From Squalus acanthias (Eukaryota): a stretch of DNA of 64,000 bases. How positions within the stretch are numbered: the first letter of the stretch is position 1; every line of letters begins with the position of its first letter. The position numbers and the translations under genes are program-made. The DNA is taken from NCBI GenBank assembly GCA_030390025.1, contig CM059438.1, positions 61,072,001 through 61,136,000 of the forward strand. The letters run 5' to 3'. Under the pieces are notes generated by a model that was not told the origin of the DNA, did not search any database, and saw only the letters and a list, made by a program, of their open reading frames with translations. This document shows, piece by piece, positions 1 to 12,400 of the stretch.

Positions 1-176
1 TGGACTGGGGTGGACAAATGTGAGAAGTCACACAACACCAGGTTATAGTCCAACAGTTTTATTTGAAATCACAAGCTTTCGGAGCACTTCACCTGATGAA
101 GGAGCAGCGCTCCGAAAGCTTGTGATTTCAAATAAAACTGTTGGACTATAACCTGGTGTTGTGTGACTTCTCACAT
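1..176. mobile_element. Penelope-like retroelement (PLE) terminal remnant forming a long inverted repeat
   Basis: Perfect 68-bp inverted arms at 18-85 and 109-176 around a 23-nt spacer. The spacer and right arm carry a hammerhead core followed by AATAAA. Inverted pLTR remnants with minimal hammerheads are typical of PLEs. The left arm probably extends beyond the window start. Confidence 0.75.
89..125 (+). ncRNA. Minimal type-I hammerhead ribozyme motif
   Basis: TCAC(89-92)-CTGATGA(93-99)-A-GGAGC/agc/GCTCC stem II(101-113)-GAAA(114-117)-GC-TT-GTGA(122-125). Stem I is TCAC/GTGA. Stem III is reduced to the palindrome AAGCTT. Confidence 0.75.
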
Positions 177-306
177 GAGGGAGAAAGGAATAGAAGGATA
201 CGCAGATAGTTAGATGAAGTAGGGTGGGAGGAGGCTCGTAAGGAGCATAAACCCCGGCCCGGACCAGCTGGGCCGAATGGCCTGATTTTGTGTAGATTCT
301 CTGTAA
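174..306 (+). mobile_element. CR1-type LINE 3' end fragment
   Basis: Similar to 53338-53470; ends in the GGGCCGAATGGCCTG hairpin typical of CR1 3' UTRs. Confidence 0.7.
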
Positions 307-525
307 TGGTACACCGAGAGCTCCAGTCGAGGGATGCATCACCGGCGGGCGGCTTGGGTTTTCCCACTGCGAGAGGCAAAGCCACAGAAAGGCAGTGCCC
401 GGCGCCAACAACTGCAACTTAGGGATGTGAGAAACAAGCCAACTCTGCAGCAGGAGGAGTTGCCAAGCCTTTCCAAAACACATTCTGTGAAAGTGTATGT
501 GGGCCCAGTCTGTGTGCAGATACTG

Positions 526-661
526 GGGGCTGACATTGGTCCTCAGTGAAACGGGCGACAGCGAATCAGCAGCCCGATTTTTACACCGCGCCCGATTGCA
601 CGGGCTCCCGATTCTCTCTCGCCCGTTTTTGCGCTTTCGTTCGAAGACCCAGTTTCAGCCC
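526..661. mobile_element. Short Harbinger-type MITE
   Basis: Inverted ends GGGGCTGACATTGGTC / GACCCAGTTTCAGCCC, internal inverted AAACGGGCGA / TCGCCCGTTT, flanks CTG/CGG (imperfect 3-bp TSD). Confidence 0.55.
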
Positions 662-1237
662 CGGTATGCCCCTCCTAACACCCCCCCTCCCCCAGGATTT
701 GGATACATACTGTGTCTTGGAAAAGCTCTGCTAACAGTTAGGTGAATGCTTTCCTTTACAATACACTGCAACACGTTGACAGCAGGAATATTTCCACTCG
801 GTGACTGTGTCCGTTTCCCTGTGAAAAGAGACCGACGGTTTTGTGGGGGGGCTGGGGGGAGGGGGGAGTTGGAGGTCTGGAGGAGGGGTTTCCAGAGAAA
901 TCAGGCTGATTTGCAGGAATTTACTTCAATTCAAAAACAAACAAGGCAGCAGCTGGCATTAATGTGTTTTGCCAAGAATTCTCGCTCGGTCCAGGTTCGT
1001 TACACTGAAAGCATCCCTCCGCTCAGCAGTGTCCTTTCATCACACAACCTTCATGCCAAGGGGTACTGTGAGCTTCTTGGTTGCCAGGCAGCACTTGATT
1101 GTATTCAATAGCGCTGGGCTGACTTGTGAGTTTATGAGGGTCCAAGTGTGGCTTAATAAAGTGATCATCGGCCAGTCTTTCTCGCAGAGGTTCTGTGATT
1201 GTTTTTATCTCTCCAATTCCCTTCTCCTGAAAGCAAT

Positions 1238-1345
1238 GGGAGTGAAACTGGCCAAAGCCAGTCGCGCGAAACAAACTTGCAGCAAATCAGCAGCTCACTT
1301 TACACCATGCCCGCTTTCCCTCTCCTTTGACTTCAATGGAACATG
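1238..1345. mobile_element. Left half of a degenerate MITE of the same family
   Basis: GGGAGTGAAACT start, CAGCAGCTCACTTTACACC, and central TTGACTTCAATGGAA shared with 59299-59468; cut off by the following CR1 fragment. Confidence 0.4.
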
Positions 1346-1349
1346 GATA

Positions 1350-1676
1350 TAAAAACCATTTCCTCTGGTGGGGGAATCCAAAACAAAGGCACATAGTCTT
1401 AACATTAGAGCGACGCCATTTAGGAGTGAATTCAGAAAGCACGTTTTCACACCAAGGGTAGTGGAAACCTGGAATTCTCTCCTCCAAAAGGCTGTGCACG
1501 CTGGGACAATTGAACTTTTCTAGACTTGAGTTTGATCGATTTTTGTTCGGTAATGGTAACAAGAGATATAGAGCAAAGGCGGATAAATGGGGTTGAGGTA
1601 CAGATCAGCCATGATCCGACTGAACAGTGGAACAGGCCCGAGGGGCTGAATGGCCTACTCCTGTTCCTATGTTCCT
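1350..1676 (+). mobile_element. CR1 LINE 3' end (ORF2 C-terminus remnant plus 3' UTR)
   Basis: Similar to 40810-41148; ends GAATGGCCTACTCCTGTTCCTATGTTCCT. Confidence 0.8.
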
Positions 1677-1679
1677 AAG

Positions 1680-2056
1680 CCAGAAGATTTTGGGTTCAAA
1701 CCTCACTTCAAGACTTTGGCACATAATCTAGGCCGACACTCCAGTGCAGTACTGAGGGAGTGCTGCACTGTCGGAGGTGCCGTCTTTTGGGTAATCTGTT
1801 CAACTGAGATCGCGTCTGGATGTAAAAGATCCCACGGTCCTATTCGAAGACAAGCAGGGGGATTCTCCCCGATGTCCTGGGCCAATATTAATCACTCAAC
1901 CAACATTACTAAAAACAGACCATGTGGTCATTTTAACATTGCTGTTTGTGGGAGCTTGCTGTGTGCAAATTGGCTGCTGCGTTTCCTACATTACAACAGT
2001 GACTACACTTCAAAAGTACTTCATTGGCTGTAAAGCGCTTTGGGATGTCCTGAGGT
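1680..2056 (+). mobile_element. tRNA-derived Deu-domain SINE (SacSINE1-like)
   Basis: B-box-like GGTTCAAACC, CAGTGCAGTACTGAGGGAGTGCTGCACTG hairpin, Deu core TGTGGGAGCTTGCTGTGTGCAAATTGGCTG and L2-like tail GTAAAGCGCTTTGGGA; many copies in the window. Confidence 0.8.
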
Positions 2057-2067
2057 CCGACAGTAGA

Positions 2068-2250
2068 TACCCTGCCCCTCATTCACTCTTTCAGCCACTA
2101 CAACCCTGATCTCTGGGCTCCTTCCAACTTCCTCCTTTATCGACAAAAACCTCTTAAAAAATGCTTCTCTCTCTCCCTGCTTTCAACCCTACACCCTAAC
2201 GCTTCTGCTTTACCATCCTGCTCCGTGTCCACTGTTTTTTGTCGATCTGT
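2068..2250 (+). mobile_element. Highly decayed L2 LINE 3' fragment
   Basis: Weak similarity to the L2 3' region at 57270-57530 (reverse strand) and a TGTAAAGTGCTCTGAG tail. Confidence 0.35.
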
Positions 2251-2327
2251 AAAGTGCTCTGAGGCATCTCTCTGTGCACGGAGAGGTCGAGAGCAGCTTA
2301 GGTTATTGCTGCTGTTGGGGAACCCTT

Positions 2328-2522
2328 CAGGGGGGTTTCTCCCCAGTGTCCTGGCCAATATTTATCCCTCGTTATCACATTCCTGTATGTGGGCCCTTGC
2401 TGTGCGCAAATTGGCTGCCGCGCTTCCTACATTACAACAGTGACTACACCGCAAAAAGTACTTCATTGACTGTGAAACGTTTTGGGAGGTCCTGTGTTTG
2501 TGAAAGGCTCTATTCGTTCTTT
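2328..2522 (+). mobile_element. Deu-domain SINE, 3' half
   Basis: Same core and tail as 1850-2056. Confidence 0.75.
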
Positions 2523-3493
2523 TCTTGTACATTCCCTGAGGCAGAGGCAGCAGTCAAAGACCTCGCACTATCCATCACCCTGTCCTGTTTAAGATGAGGA
2601 TACCTCTGTCCCCTGTGGCACATAAGGATCACAAACAAAACCAAATCAACTCAACACTGAGAAGGAGCAGACAGGCCTTGTGAGGCAGACGGAGCACATA
2701 CACCAAGAAGGACTCACCACAGACAAACATCTCAGCGTAAGTTGCCGAGTTAGCATGAAATATAATGACGTCTGGTTATCATTACCTAGCGCATGTTGAT
2801 AGCAATTTATTAATCTAAAGAAACACCAATTAGATGCCAGATCAACTGGTGGTTTTACAGATTGAGGGATGCAAAGAATTCAGTTAAATATCACATTGGC
2901 TTCATTACTCGCTGGCATTTGGACTGGATTAAGGACTTTGTCAGCAGGGGTACATTCTGTTCCAGGAATCCAGCCACTGCTCCATAGACTTCATGTGTTT
3001 GGTACAGTCACACAGTCAGCAGAATTAGAGACAAATTCAGAGACTAGCTCTGAAAATTTCCTCTTTCCCCCGCTTCCCGGTCCATGGGTGAACTATTCCT
3101 GGATAAAATTGGCACTGACTTTCCTTGTCACTGTCTCCTCTTTCCGAATAAGAATCTCTTCCTCGGCCCCTGCTCCAGCTTGATCCTCTATAACCCGGGG
3201 TCACCTGTGTTGCTCCTGTGCCAGTACCCACACCACACCGGCTGTCTCTATATCTCAGACATGGTGACCACAAACGGGCACAAAACTCCACGTGATCTCA
3301 CTGATGATTTATAAAGGGCCAGTAACAGATCCTGGGATTTCTCTTCTGCAGATCTACTTTTGCTCCCAATTGTAGATTTGTATTTGTACCTAAGGAGCAG
3401 AGTTGATGCCAACTTTTGGCCCTGACAAAGTCCTTATGGGATCGTGAATGAAAAGGGGCTTTAGTCATTCTTGTCCTTTTTCAGTGATACAAA

Positions 3494-6400
3494 AGGACTG
3501 ATTTAAGATTTCAGCAGTGGCAAAAAAATGGGTGGGAAAGGCCACCCAATACACACCACGCCATTCTAATGAAGTCAGTGGCTGGCATATATAACGGGTG
3601 GGTTGGGTAACAGCGGAGAGTCTAACGGGCGGAGTGTCTAACGGGTGGATTGTCTAACAGGCGGAGTGTCTAACGGGTGGATTGTCTAACAGGCGGAGTG
3701 TCTAACGGGTGGATTGTCTAACAGGTGGAGTGTCTAACGGGCGGAGTGTCTAACGGGTGGATTGTCTAACAGGCGGAGTGTCTAACGGGTGGAGTGTCTA
3801 ACGGGTGGAATGTCGAACGGGCGGAGTGTCTCACGGGTGGAGTGTCTAACGGGCGGAGTGTCTAACGGGTGGAGTGTCTAACGGGTGGAGTGTCTAACAG
3901 GCGGAGTGTCTAACGGGTGGAGTGTCTAACAGGCGGAGTGTCTAACGGGCGGAGTGTCTAACGGGTGGAGTGTCTAACGGGCGGAGTGTCTAACGGGCGG
4001 AGTGTCTAACGGGTGGAGTGTCTCACGGGCGGAGTGTCTAACGGGCGGAGTGTCTAACGGGTGGATTGTCTAACGGGTGGAGTGTCTCACGGGTGGAATG
4101 TCTAACGGGTGGAGTGTCCAATGGGTGGAGTGTCTAATGGGCGGAGTGTCTAACGGGTGGAGTGTCTAACGGGTGGAGTGTCTAACGGGTGGAGTGTCTA
4201 ACGGGTGGAGTGTCTCACGGGCGGAGTGTCTAACAGGCGGAGTGTCTAACGGGTGGAGTGTCTAACGGGTGGAGTGTCTAACGGGTGGAGTGTCTAACAG
4301 GCGGAGTGTCTAACGGGTGGAGTGTCTAACAGGCGGAGTGTCTAACAGGCGGAGTGTCTAACGGGTGGAGTGTCTAAAGGGTGGAGTGTCTAACGGGTGG
4401 AGTGTCTAACAGGCGGAGTGTCTAACGGGTGGAGTGTCTAACAGGCGGAGTGTCTAACGGGCGGAGTGTCTAACGGGTGGAATGTCTAACGGGTGGAGTG
4501 TCTAACGGGTGGTGTGTCTAACGGGTGGAGTGTCTAACGGGTGGTGTGTCTAACGGGTGGAGTGTCTAACAGGCGGAGTGTCTAACGGGTGGTGTGTCTA
4601 ACGGGTGGAGTGTCTAACAGGCGGAGTGTCTAACGGGCGGAGTGTCTAACAGGCGGAGTGTCTCACGGGTGGTGTGTCTAACGGGTGGAGTGTCTAATGG
4701 GTGGAGTGTCTAACGGGTGGAGTGTCTAACGGGTGGAGTGTCTAACGGGTGGAGTGTCTAATGGGTGGAGTGTCTAACGGGTGGAGTGTCTAACGGGTGG
4801 AGTGTCTAACGGGCGGAGTGTCTAACGGGTGGAGTGTCTAATGGGTGGAGTGTCTAACGGGCGGAGTGTCTAACGGGCGGAGTGTCTAATGGGTGGAGTG
4901 TCTAACGGGTGGAGAGTCTAACGGGTGGAGTGTCTAACGGGCGGAGTGTCTAACGGGTGGAGTGTCTAACGGGTGGAGTGTCTAACGGGTGGAGTGTCTA
5001 ACGGGCGGAGTGTCTAATGGGTGGAGTGTCTAACGGGTGGTGTGTCTAACGGGTGGAGTGTCTAACGGGTGGAGTGTCTAACGGGCGGAGTGTCTAATGG
5101 GTGGATTGTCTAACGGGTGGAGTGTCTAACGGGTGGAGTGTCTCACGGGTGGAATGTCTAACGGGTGTAGTGTCTAACGGGTGGATTGTCTAACGGGCGG
5201 AGTGTCTAACGGGCGGAGTGTCTAATGGGTGGAGTGTCTAACGGGTGGAGTGTCTAACGGGTGGAGTGTCTCACGGGTGGAATGTCTAACGGGTGTAGTG
5301 TCTAACGGGTGGATTGTCTAACGGGCGGAGTGTCTAACGGGCGGAGTGTCTAATGGGTGGAGTGTCTAACGGGTGGAGTGTCTAACGGGTGGAGTGTCTA
5401 ACGGGTGGAATGTCTAATGGGTGGAGTGTCTAACGGGAGGGGTGTCTAACGGGTGGAGTGTCTAACGGGTGGATTGTCTAATGGGTGGATTGTCTAATGG
5501 GCGGATTGTCTAACGGGCGGAGTGTCTAATGGGTGGATTGTCTAACGGGTGGAGTGTCTAACGGGTGGAATGTCGAACGGGCGGAGTGTCTCACGGGCGG
5601 AGTGTCTAACGGGTGGAGTGTCTAACGGGTGGAGTGTCTAACGGGCGGAGTGTCTAACGGGTGGAGTGTCTAACGGGCGGAGTGTCTAACGGGTGTAGTG
5701 TCTAACGGGTGGAGTGTCTAACGGGTGGAGTGTCTAACGGGTGTAGTTTCTAACGGGGGGATTGTCTAACGGGTGTAGTTTCTAACGGGTGGAGTGTCTA
5801 ACGGGCGGAGTGTCTAATGAGCGGAGTGTCTAACGGGTGGAGTTTCTAACGGGTGGAGTGTCTAATGGGCGGAGTGTCTAATGGGTGGAGTGTCTAACGG
5901 GCGGATTGTCTAATGGGTGGATTGTCTAATGGGCGGAGTGTCTAATGGGTGGAGTGTCTAACGGGCGGAGTGTCTAACGGGTGGATTGTCTAATGGGTGG
6001 ATTGTCTAATGGGCGGAGTGTCTAACGGGTGGATTGTCTAACGGGTGGATTGTCTAATGGGTGGAGTGTCTAACGGGTGGATTGTCTAACGGGTGTAGTG
6101 TCTAACGGGGGGATTGTCTAACGGGTGGATTGTCTAATGGGTGGAGTGTCTAACGGGTGGATTGTCTAACGGGTGGAGTGTCTAACGGGTGGATTGTCTA
6201 ATGGGTGGAGTGTCTAATGGGCGGAGTGTCTAACGGGTGGATTGTCTAACGGGTGGATTGTCTAATGGGTGGAGTGTCTAACGGGTGTAGTGTCTAACGG
6301 GTGGAGTGTCTAATGGGTGGAGTGTCTAATGGGCGGAGTGTCTAACGGGTGGATTGTCTAACGGGTGGATTGTCTAATGGGTGGATTGTCTAACGGGTGG

Positions 6401-9400
6401 AGTGTCTAACGGGGGGATTGTCTAACGGGTGGATTGTCTAATGGGTGGAGTGTCTAACGGGTGGATTGTCTAACGGGTGTAGTGTCTAACGGGTGGAGTG
6501 TCTAACGGGTGGAATGTCTAACGGGTGGAGTGTCTAACGGGTGGAGTGTCTAACGGGTGGAGTGTCTAACGGGTGGAATGTCTAACGGGTGGAGTGTCTA
6601 ACGGGTGGATTGTCTAACGGGTGGATTGTCTAACAGGCGGAGTGTCTAACGGGTGGAGTGTCTAACGGGTGGATTGTCTAACGGGTGGAGTGTCTAACGG
6701 GTGGAATGTCTAACGGGTGGAGTGTCTAACGGGTGGAATGTCTAACGGGTGGAGTGTCTAACGGGTGGAATGTCTAACGGGTGGAATGTCTAACGGGTGG
6801 AATGTCTAACGGGTGGAATGTCTAACGGGTGGAATGTCTAATGGGCGGAGTGTCTAACGGGTGGAGTGTCTAATGGGTGGAGTGTCTAACGGGTGGAATG
6901 TCTACCGGGTGGATTGTGTAACAGGTGGAGTGTCTAACGGGTGGATTGTCTAACGGGTGGAGTGTCTAACGGGCGGATTGTCTAACAGGTGGAGTGTCTA
7001 ACGGGTGGATTGTCTAACGGGTGGATTGTCTAATGGGTGGAGTGTCTAACGGGTGGAATGTCTACCGGGTGGATTGTCTAACGGGTGGAGTGTCTAATGG
7101 GTGGAGTGTCTAACGGGTGGATTGTCTAACGGGCGAAGTGTCTAATGGGTGGAGTGTCTAATGGGTGGAGTGTCTAACGGGTGGAATGTCTAACGGGCGG
7201 AGTGTCTAACGGGTGGAATGTCTAACGGGTGGATTGTCTAACGGGTGGAATGTCTAATGGGCGGAGTGTCTAACGGGTGGAGTGTCTAATGGGCGGATTG
7301 TCTAACGGGTGGAATGTCTAACGGGTGGATTGTCTAACGGCGGAGTGTCTAACGGGTGGAATGTCTAACGGGTGGATTGTCTAATGGGTGGAGTGTCTAA
7401 TGGGCGGAATGTCTAACGGGTGGAGTGTCTAATGGGTGGAGTGTCTAACGGGCGGAATGTCTAACGGGCGGAGTGTCTAACGGGCGGAATGTCTAACGGG
7501 CGGAGTGTCTAACGGGCGGAGTGTCCAACGGGCGGAGTGTCTAACGGGCGGAGTGTCTAACGGGTGTAGTGTCTCACGGGCGGAGTGTCTAACGGGCGGA
7601 GTGTCTAACGGGCGGAGTGTCTAACGGGCGGAATGTCTAACGGGTGGAGTGTCTAATGGGTGGATTGTCTCATGGGGGGAGTGTCTAACGGACGGAGTGT
7701 CTAACGGGTGGAGTGTCTAACGGGCGGAGTGTCTAACGGGTGTAGTGTCTAATGGGTGGAGTGTCTAACGGGTGTAGTGTCTCATGGGGGGAGTGTCTAA
7801 CGGGCGGAGTGTCTAACGGGTGGAGTGTCTAACGGGTGGAGTGTCTAACGGGCGGAGTGTCTAACGGGTGGAGTGTCTAATGGGTGGAGTGTCTAACGGG
7901 CGGAGTGTCTAACGGGTGGAGTGTCTAACGGGTGGAGTGTCTAATGGGTGGAGTGTCTAACGGGCGGAGTGCCTAACGGGTGGAGTGTCTAACGGGCGGA
8001 ATGTCTAACGGGCGGAGTGTCTAACGGGCGGAATGTCTAACGGGCGGAGTGTCTAACGGGTGGAGTGTCTAACGGGCGGAGTGTCTAACGGGCGGAATCT
8101 CTAACGGGCGGAATGTCTAACGGGCGGAGTGTCTAACGGGTGGAGTGTCTAACGGGCGGAGTGTCTAACGGGCGGAATGTCTAATGGGCGGAATGTCTAA
8201 CGGGCGGAGTGTCTAACGGGTGGAGTGTCTAACGGGTGGATTGTCTAACGGGCGGAGTGTCTAACGGGCGGAGTGTCTAACGGGTGGAGTGTCTAACGGG
8301 CGGAGTGTCTAACGGGTGAAATGTCTAACGGGCGGAGTGTCTAATGGGCGGAGTGTCTAACGGGTGGAGTGTCTAACGGGCGGAGTGTCTAACGGGCGGA
8401 GTGTCTAACGGGTGGAGTGTCTAACGGGCGGAGTGTCTAACGGGTGGAGTGTCTAACGGGTGGAGTGTCTAACGGGTGGAGTGTCTAACGGGTGGAGTGT
8501 CTAACGGGTGGAGAGTCTAACAGGCAGAGTGTCTAACGGGTGGAGTGTCTAACGGGCGGAGTGTCTAACGGGTGGAGTGTCTAACGGGTGGAGTGTCTAA
8601 CGGGTGAAATGTCTAACGGGCGGAGTGTCTAACGGGTGGAGTGTCTAACGGGTGGAGTGTCTAACGGGCGGAGTGTCTAACGGGTGGAGTGTCTAACGGG
8701 TGGATTGTCTAATGGGTGGAGTGTCTAACGGGTGTAGTGTCTAACGGGTGGAGTGTCTAATGGGTGGAGTGTCTAATGGGCGGAGTGTCTAACGGGTGGA
8801 TTGTCTAACGGGTGGATTGTCTAATGGGTGGAGTGTCTAACGGGTGGAGTGTCTAACGGGGGGATTGTCTAACGGGTGGATTGTCTAATGGGTGGAGTGT
8901 CTAACGGGTGGATTGTCTAACGGGTGTAGTGTCTAACGGGTGGAGTGTCTAACGGGTGGAATGTCTAACGGGTGGAGTGTCTAACGGGTGGAGTGTCTAA
9001 CGGGTGGAGTGTCTAACGGGTGGAATGTCTAACGGGTGGAATGTCTAACGGGTGGAGTGTCTAACGGGTGGATTGTCTAACGGGTGGATTGTCTAACAGG
9101 CGGAGTGTCTAACGGGTGGAGTGTCTAACGGGTGGATTGTCTAACGGGTGGAATGTCTAACGGGTGGAATGTCTAACGGGTGGAATGTCTAACGGGTGGA
9201 GTGTCTAACGGGCGGAATGTCTAACGGGCGGAGTGTCTAACGGGTGGAGTGTCTAACGGGTGGATTGTCTAACGGGCGGAGTGTCTAACGGGTGGAGTGT
9301 CTAACGGGCGGAATGTCTAACGGGCGGAATGTCTAACGGGCGGAGTGTCTAACGGGTGGAGTGTCTAACGGGTGGAGTGTCTAATGGGTGGATTGTCTAA

Positions 9401-12400
9401 CGGGCGGAGTGTCTAACGGGTGGATTGTCTAACGGGCGGAGTGTCTAACGGGCGGAATGTCTAATGGGTGGAGTGTCTAACGGGCGGAGTGTCTAATGGG
9501 TGGAGTGTCTAACGGGTGGAGTGTCTAACGGGTGGATTGTCTAACGGGCGGAGTGTCTAACGGGCGGAGTGTCTAACGGGTGGAGTGTCTAATGGGTGGA
9601 GTGTCTAACGGGTGGAGTGTCTAACGGGCGGAGTGTCTAACGGGTGAAATGTCTAACGGGCGGAGTGTCTAATGGGCGGAGTGTCTAACGGGTGGAGTGT
9701 CTAACGGGCGGAGTGTCTAACGGGCGGAATGTCTAACGGGTGGAGTGTCTAACGGGCGGAGTGTCTAACGGGTGGAGTGTCTAACGGGTGGAGTGTCTAA
9801 CGGGTGGAGTGTCTAACGGGTGGAGAGTCTAACAGGCGGAGTGTCTAACGGGTGGAGTGTCTAACGGGCGGAGTGTCTAACGGGTGGAGTGTCTAACGGG
9901 TGGAGTGTCTAACGGGTGAAATGTCTAACGGGTGGAGTGTCTAACGGGTGGAGTGTCTAACGGGCGGAGTGTCTAACGGGTGGAGTGTCTAACGGGTGAA
10001 ATGTCTAACGGGCGGAGTGTCTAACGGGTGGAGTGTCTAACGGGTGGAGTGTCTAACGGGTGAAATGTCTAACGGGTGTAGTGTCTAACGGGTGTAGTGT
10101 CTAACGGGCGGAGTGTCTAACGGGTGGAGTGTCTAACGGGTGGAGTGTCTAACGGGTGGAGTGTCTAACGGGTGGAGTGTCTAACGGGCGGAATGTCTAA
10201 CGGGTGGAGTGTCTAACGGGTGGAGTGTCTAACGGGTGGAGTGTCTAACGGGCGGAGTGTCTAACGGGCGGAGTGTCTAACGGGCGGAATGTCTAACGGG
10301 TGGAGTGTCTAACGGGTGGAGTGTCTAACAGGCGGAGTGTCTAACAGGCGGAGTGTCTAACGGGCGGAGTGTCTAACGGGCGGAGTGTCTAACGGGCGGA
10401 GTGTCTAACGGGCGGAGTGTCTAACGGGTGGAGTGTCTAACGGGCGGAGTGTCTAACGGGCGGAGTGTCTAACGGGTGGAGTGTCTAACGGGTGGAGTGT
10501 CTAACGGGTGGATTGTCTAACGGGTGGATTGTCTAACGGGTGGAGTGTCTAACGGGTGGAATGTCTAACGGGTGGAGTGTCTAACGGGCGGAGTGTCTAA
10601 CGGGCGGAGTGTCTAACGGGTGTAGTGTCTAACGGGTGTAGTGTCTCACGGGCGGAGTGTCTAACGGGCGGAGTGTCTAACGGGCGGAGTGTCTAACGGG
10701 CGGAATGTCTAACGGGTGGAGTGTCTAATGGGTGGATTGTCTCATGGGGGGAGTGTCTAACGGACGGAGTGTCTAACGGGTGGAGTGTCTAACGGGCGGA
10801 GTGTCTAACGGGTGTAGTGTCTAATGGGTGGAGTGTCTAACGGGTGTAGTGTCTCATGGGGGGAGTGTCTAACGGGCGGAGTGTCTAACGGGTGGAGTGT
10901 CTAACGGGTGGAGTGTCTAACGGGCGGAGTGTCTAACGGGTGGAGTGTCTAATGGGTGGAGTGTCTAACGGGCGGAGTGTCTAACGGGTGGAGTGTCTAA
11001 CGGGTGGAGTGTCTAATGGGTGGAGTGTCTAACGGGCGGAGTGCCTAACGGGTGGAGTGTCTAACGGGCGGAATGTCTAACGGGCGGAGTGTCTAACGGG
11101 CGGAATGTCTAACGGGCGGAGTGTCTAACGGGTGGAGTGTCTAACGGGCGGAGTGTCTAACGGGCGGAATGTCTAACGGGCGGAATGTCTAACGGGCGGA
11201 GTGTCTAACGGGTGGAGTGTCTAACGGGCGGAGTGTCTAACGGGCGGAATGTCTAATGGGCGGAATGTCTAACGGGCGGAGTGTCTAACGGGTGGAGTGT
11301 CTAACGGGTGGATTGTCTAACGGGCGGAGTGTCTAACGGGCGGAGTGTCTAACGGGTGGAGTGTCTAACGGGCGGAGTGTCTAACGGGTGAAATGTCTAA
11401 CGGGCGGAGTGTCTAATGGGCGGAGTGTCTAACGGGTGGAGTGTCTAACGGGCGGAGTGTCTAACGGGCGGAATGTCTAACGGGTGGAGTGTCTAACGGG
11501 TGGAGTGTCTAACGGGTGGAGAGTCTAACAGGCAGAGTGTCTAACGGGTGGAGTGTCTAACGGGCGGAGTGTCTAACGGGTGGAGTGTCTAACGGGTGGA
11601 GTGTCTAACGGGTGAAATGTCTAACGGGCGGAGTGTCTAACGGGTGGAGTGTCTAACGGGTGGAGTGTCTAACGGGCGGAGTGTCTAACGGGTGGAGTGT
11701 CTAACGGGTGGATTGTCTAATGGGTGGAGTGTCTAACGGGTGTAGTGTCTAACGGGTGGAGTGTCTAATGGGTGGAGTGTCTAATGGGCGGAGTGTCTAA
11801 CGGGTGGATTGTCTAACGGGTGGATTGTCTAATGGGTGGAGTGTCTAACGGGTGGAGTGTCTAACGGGGGGATTGTCTAACGGGTGGATTGTCTAACGGG
11901 TGGAGTGTCTAACGGGTGGATTGTCTAACGGGTGTAGTGTCTAACGGGTGGAGTGTCTAACGGGTGGAATGTCTAACGGGTGGAGTGTCTAACGGGTGGA
12001 GTGTCTAACGGGTGGAATGTCTAACGGGTGGAATGTCTAACGGGTGGAGTGTCTAACGGGTGGATTGTCTAACGGGTGGATTGTCTAACAGGCGGAGTGT
12101 CTAACGGGTGGAGTGTCTAACGGGTGGATTGTCTAACGGGTGGAGTGTCTAACGGGTGGAATGTCTAACGGGTGGAGTGTCTAACGGGTGGAATGTCTAA
12201 CGGGTGGAGTGTCTAACGGGTGGAATGTCTAACGGGTGGAATGTCTAACGGGTGGAATGTCTAACGGGTGGAATGTCTAACGGGTGGAGTGTCTAACGGG
12301 TGGAGTGTCTAACGGGTGGATTGTCTAACAGGCGGAGTGTCTAACGGGTGGATTGTCTAACGGGTGTAGTGTCTAACGGGTGGATTGTCTCACAGGTGGA

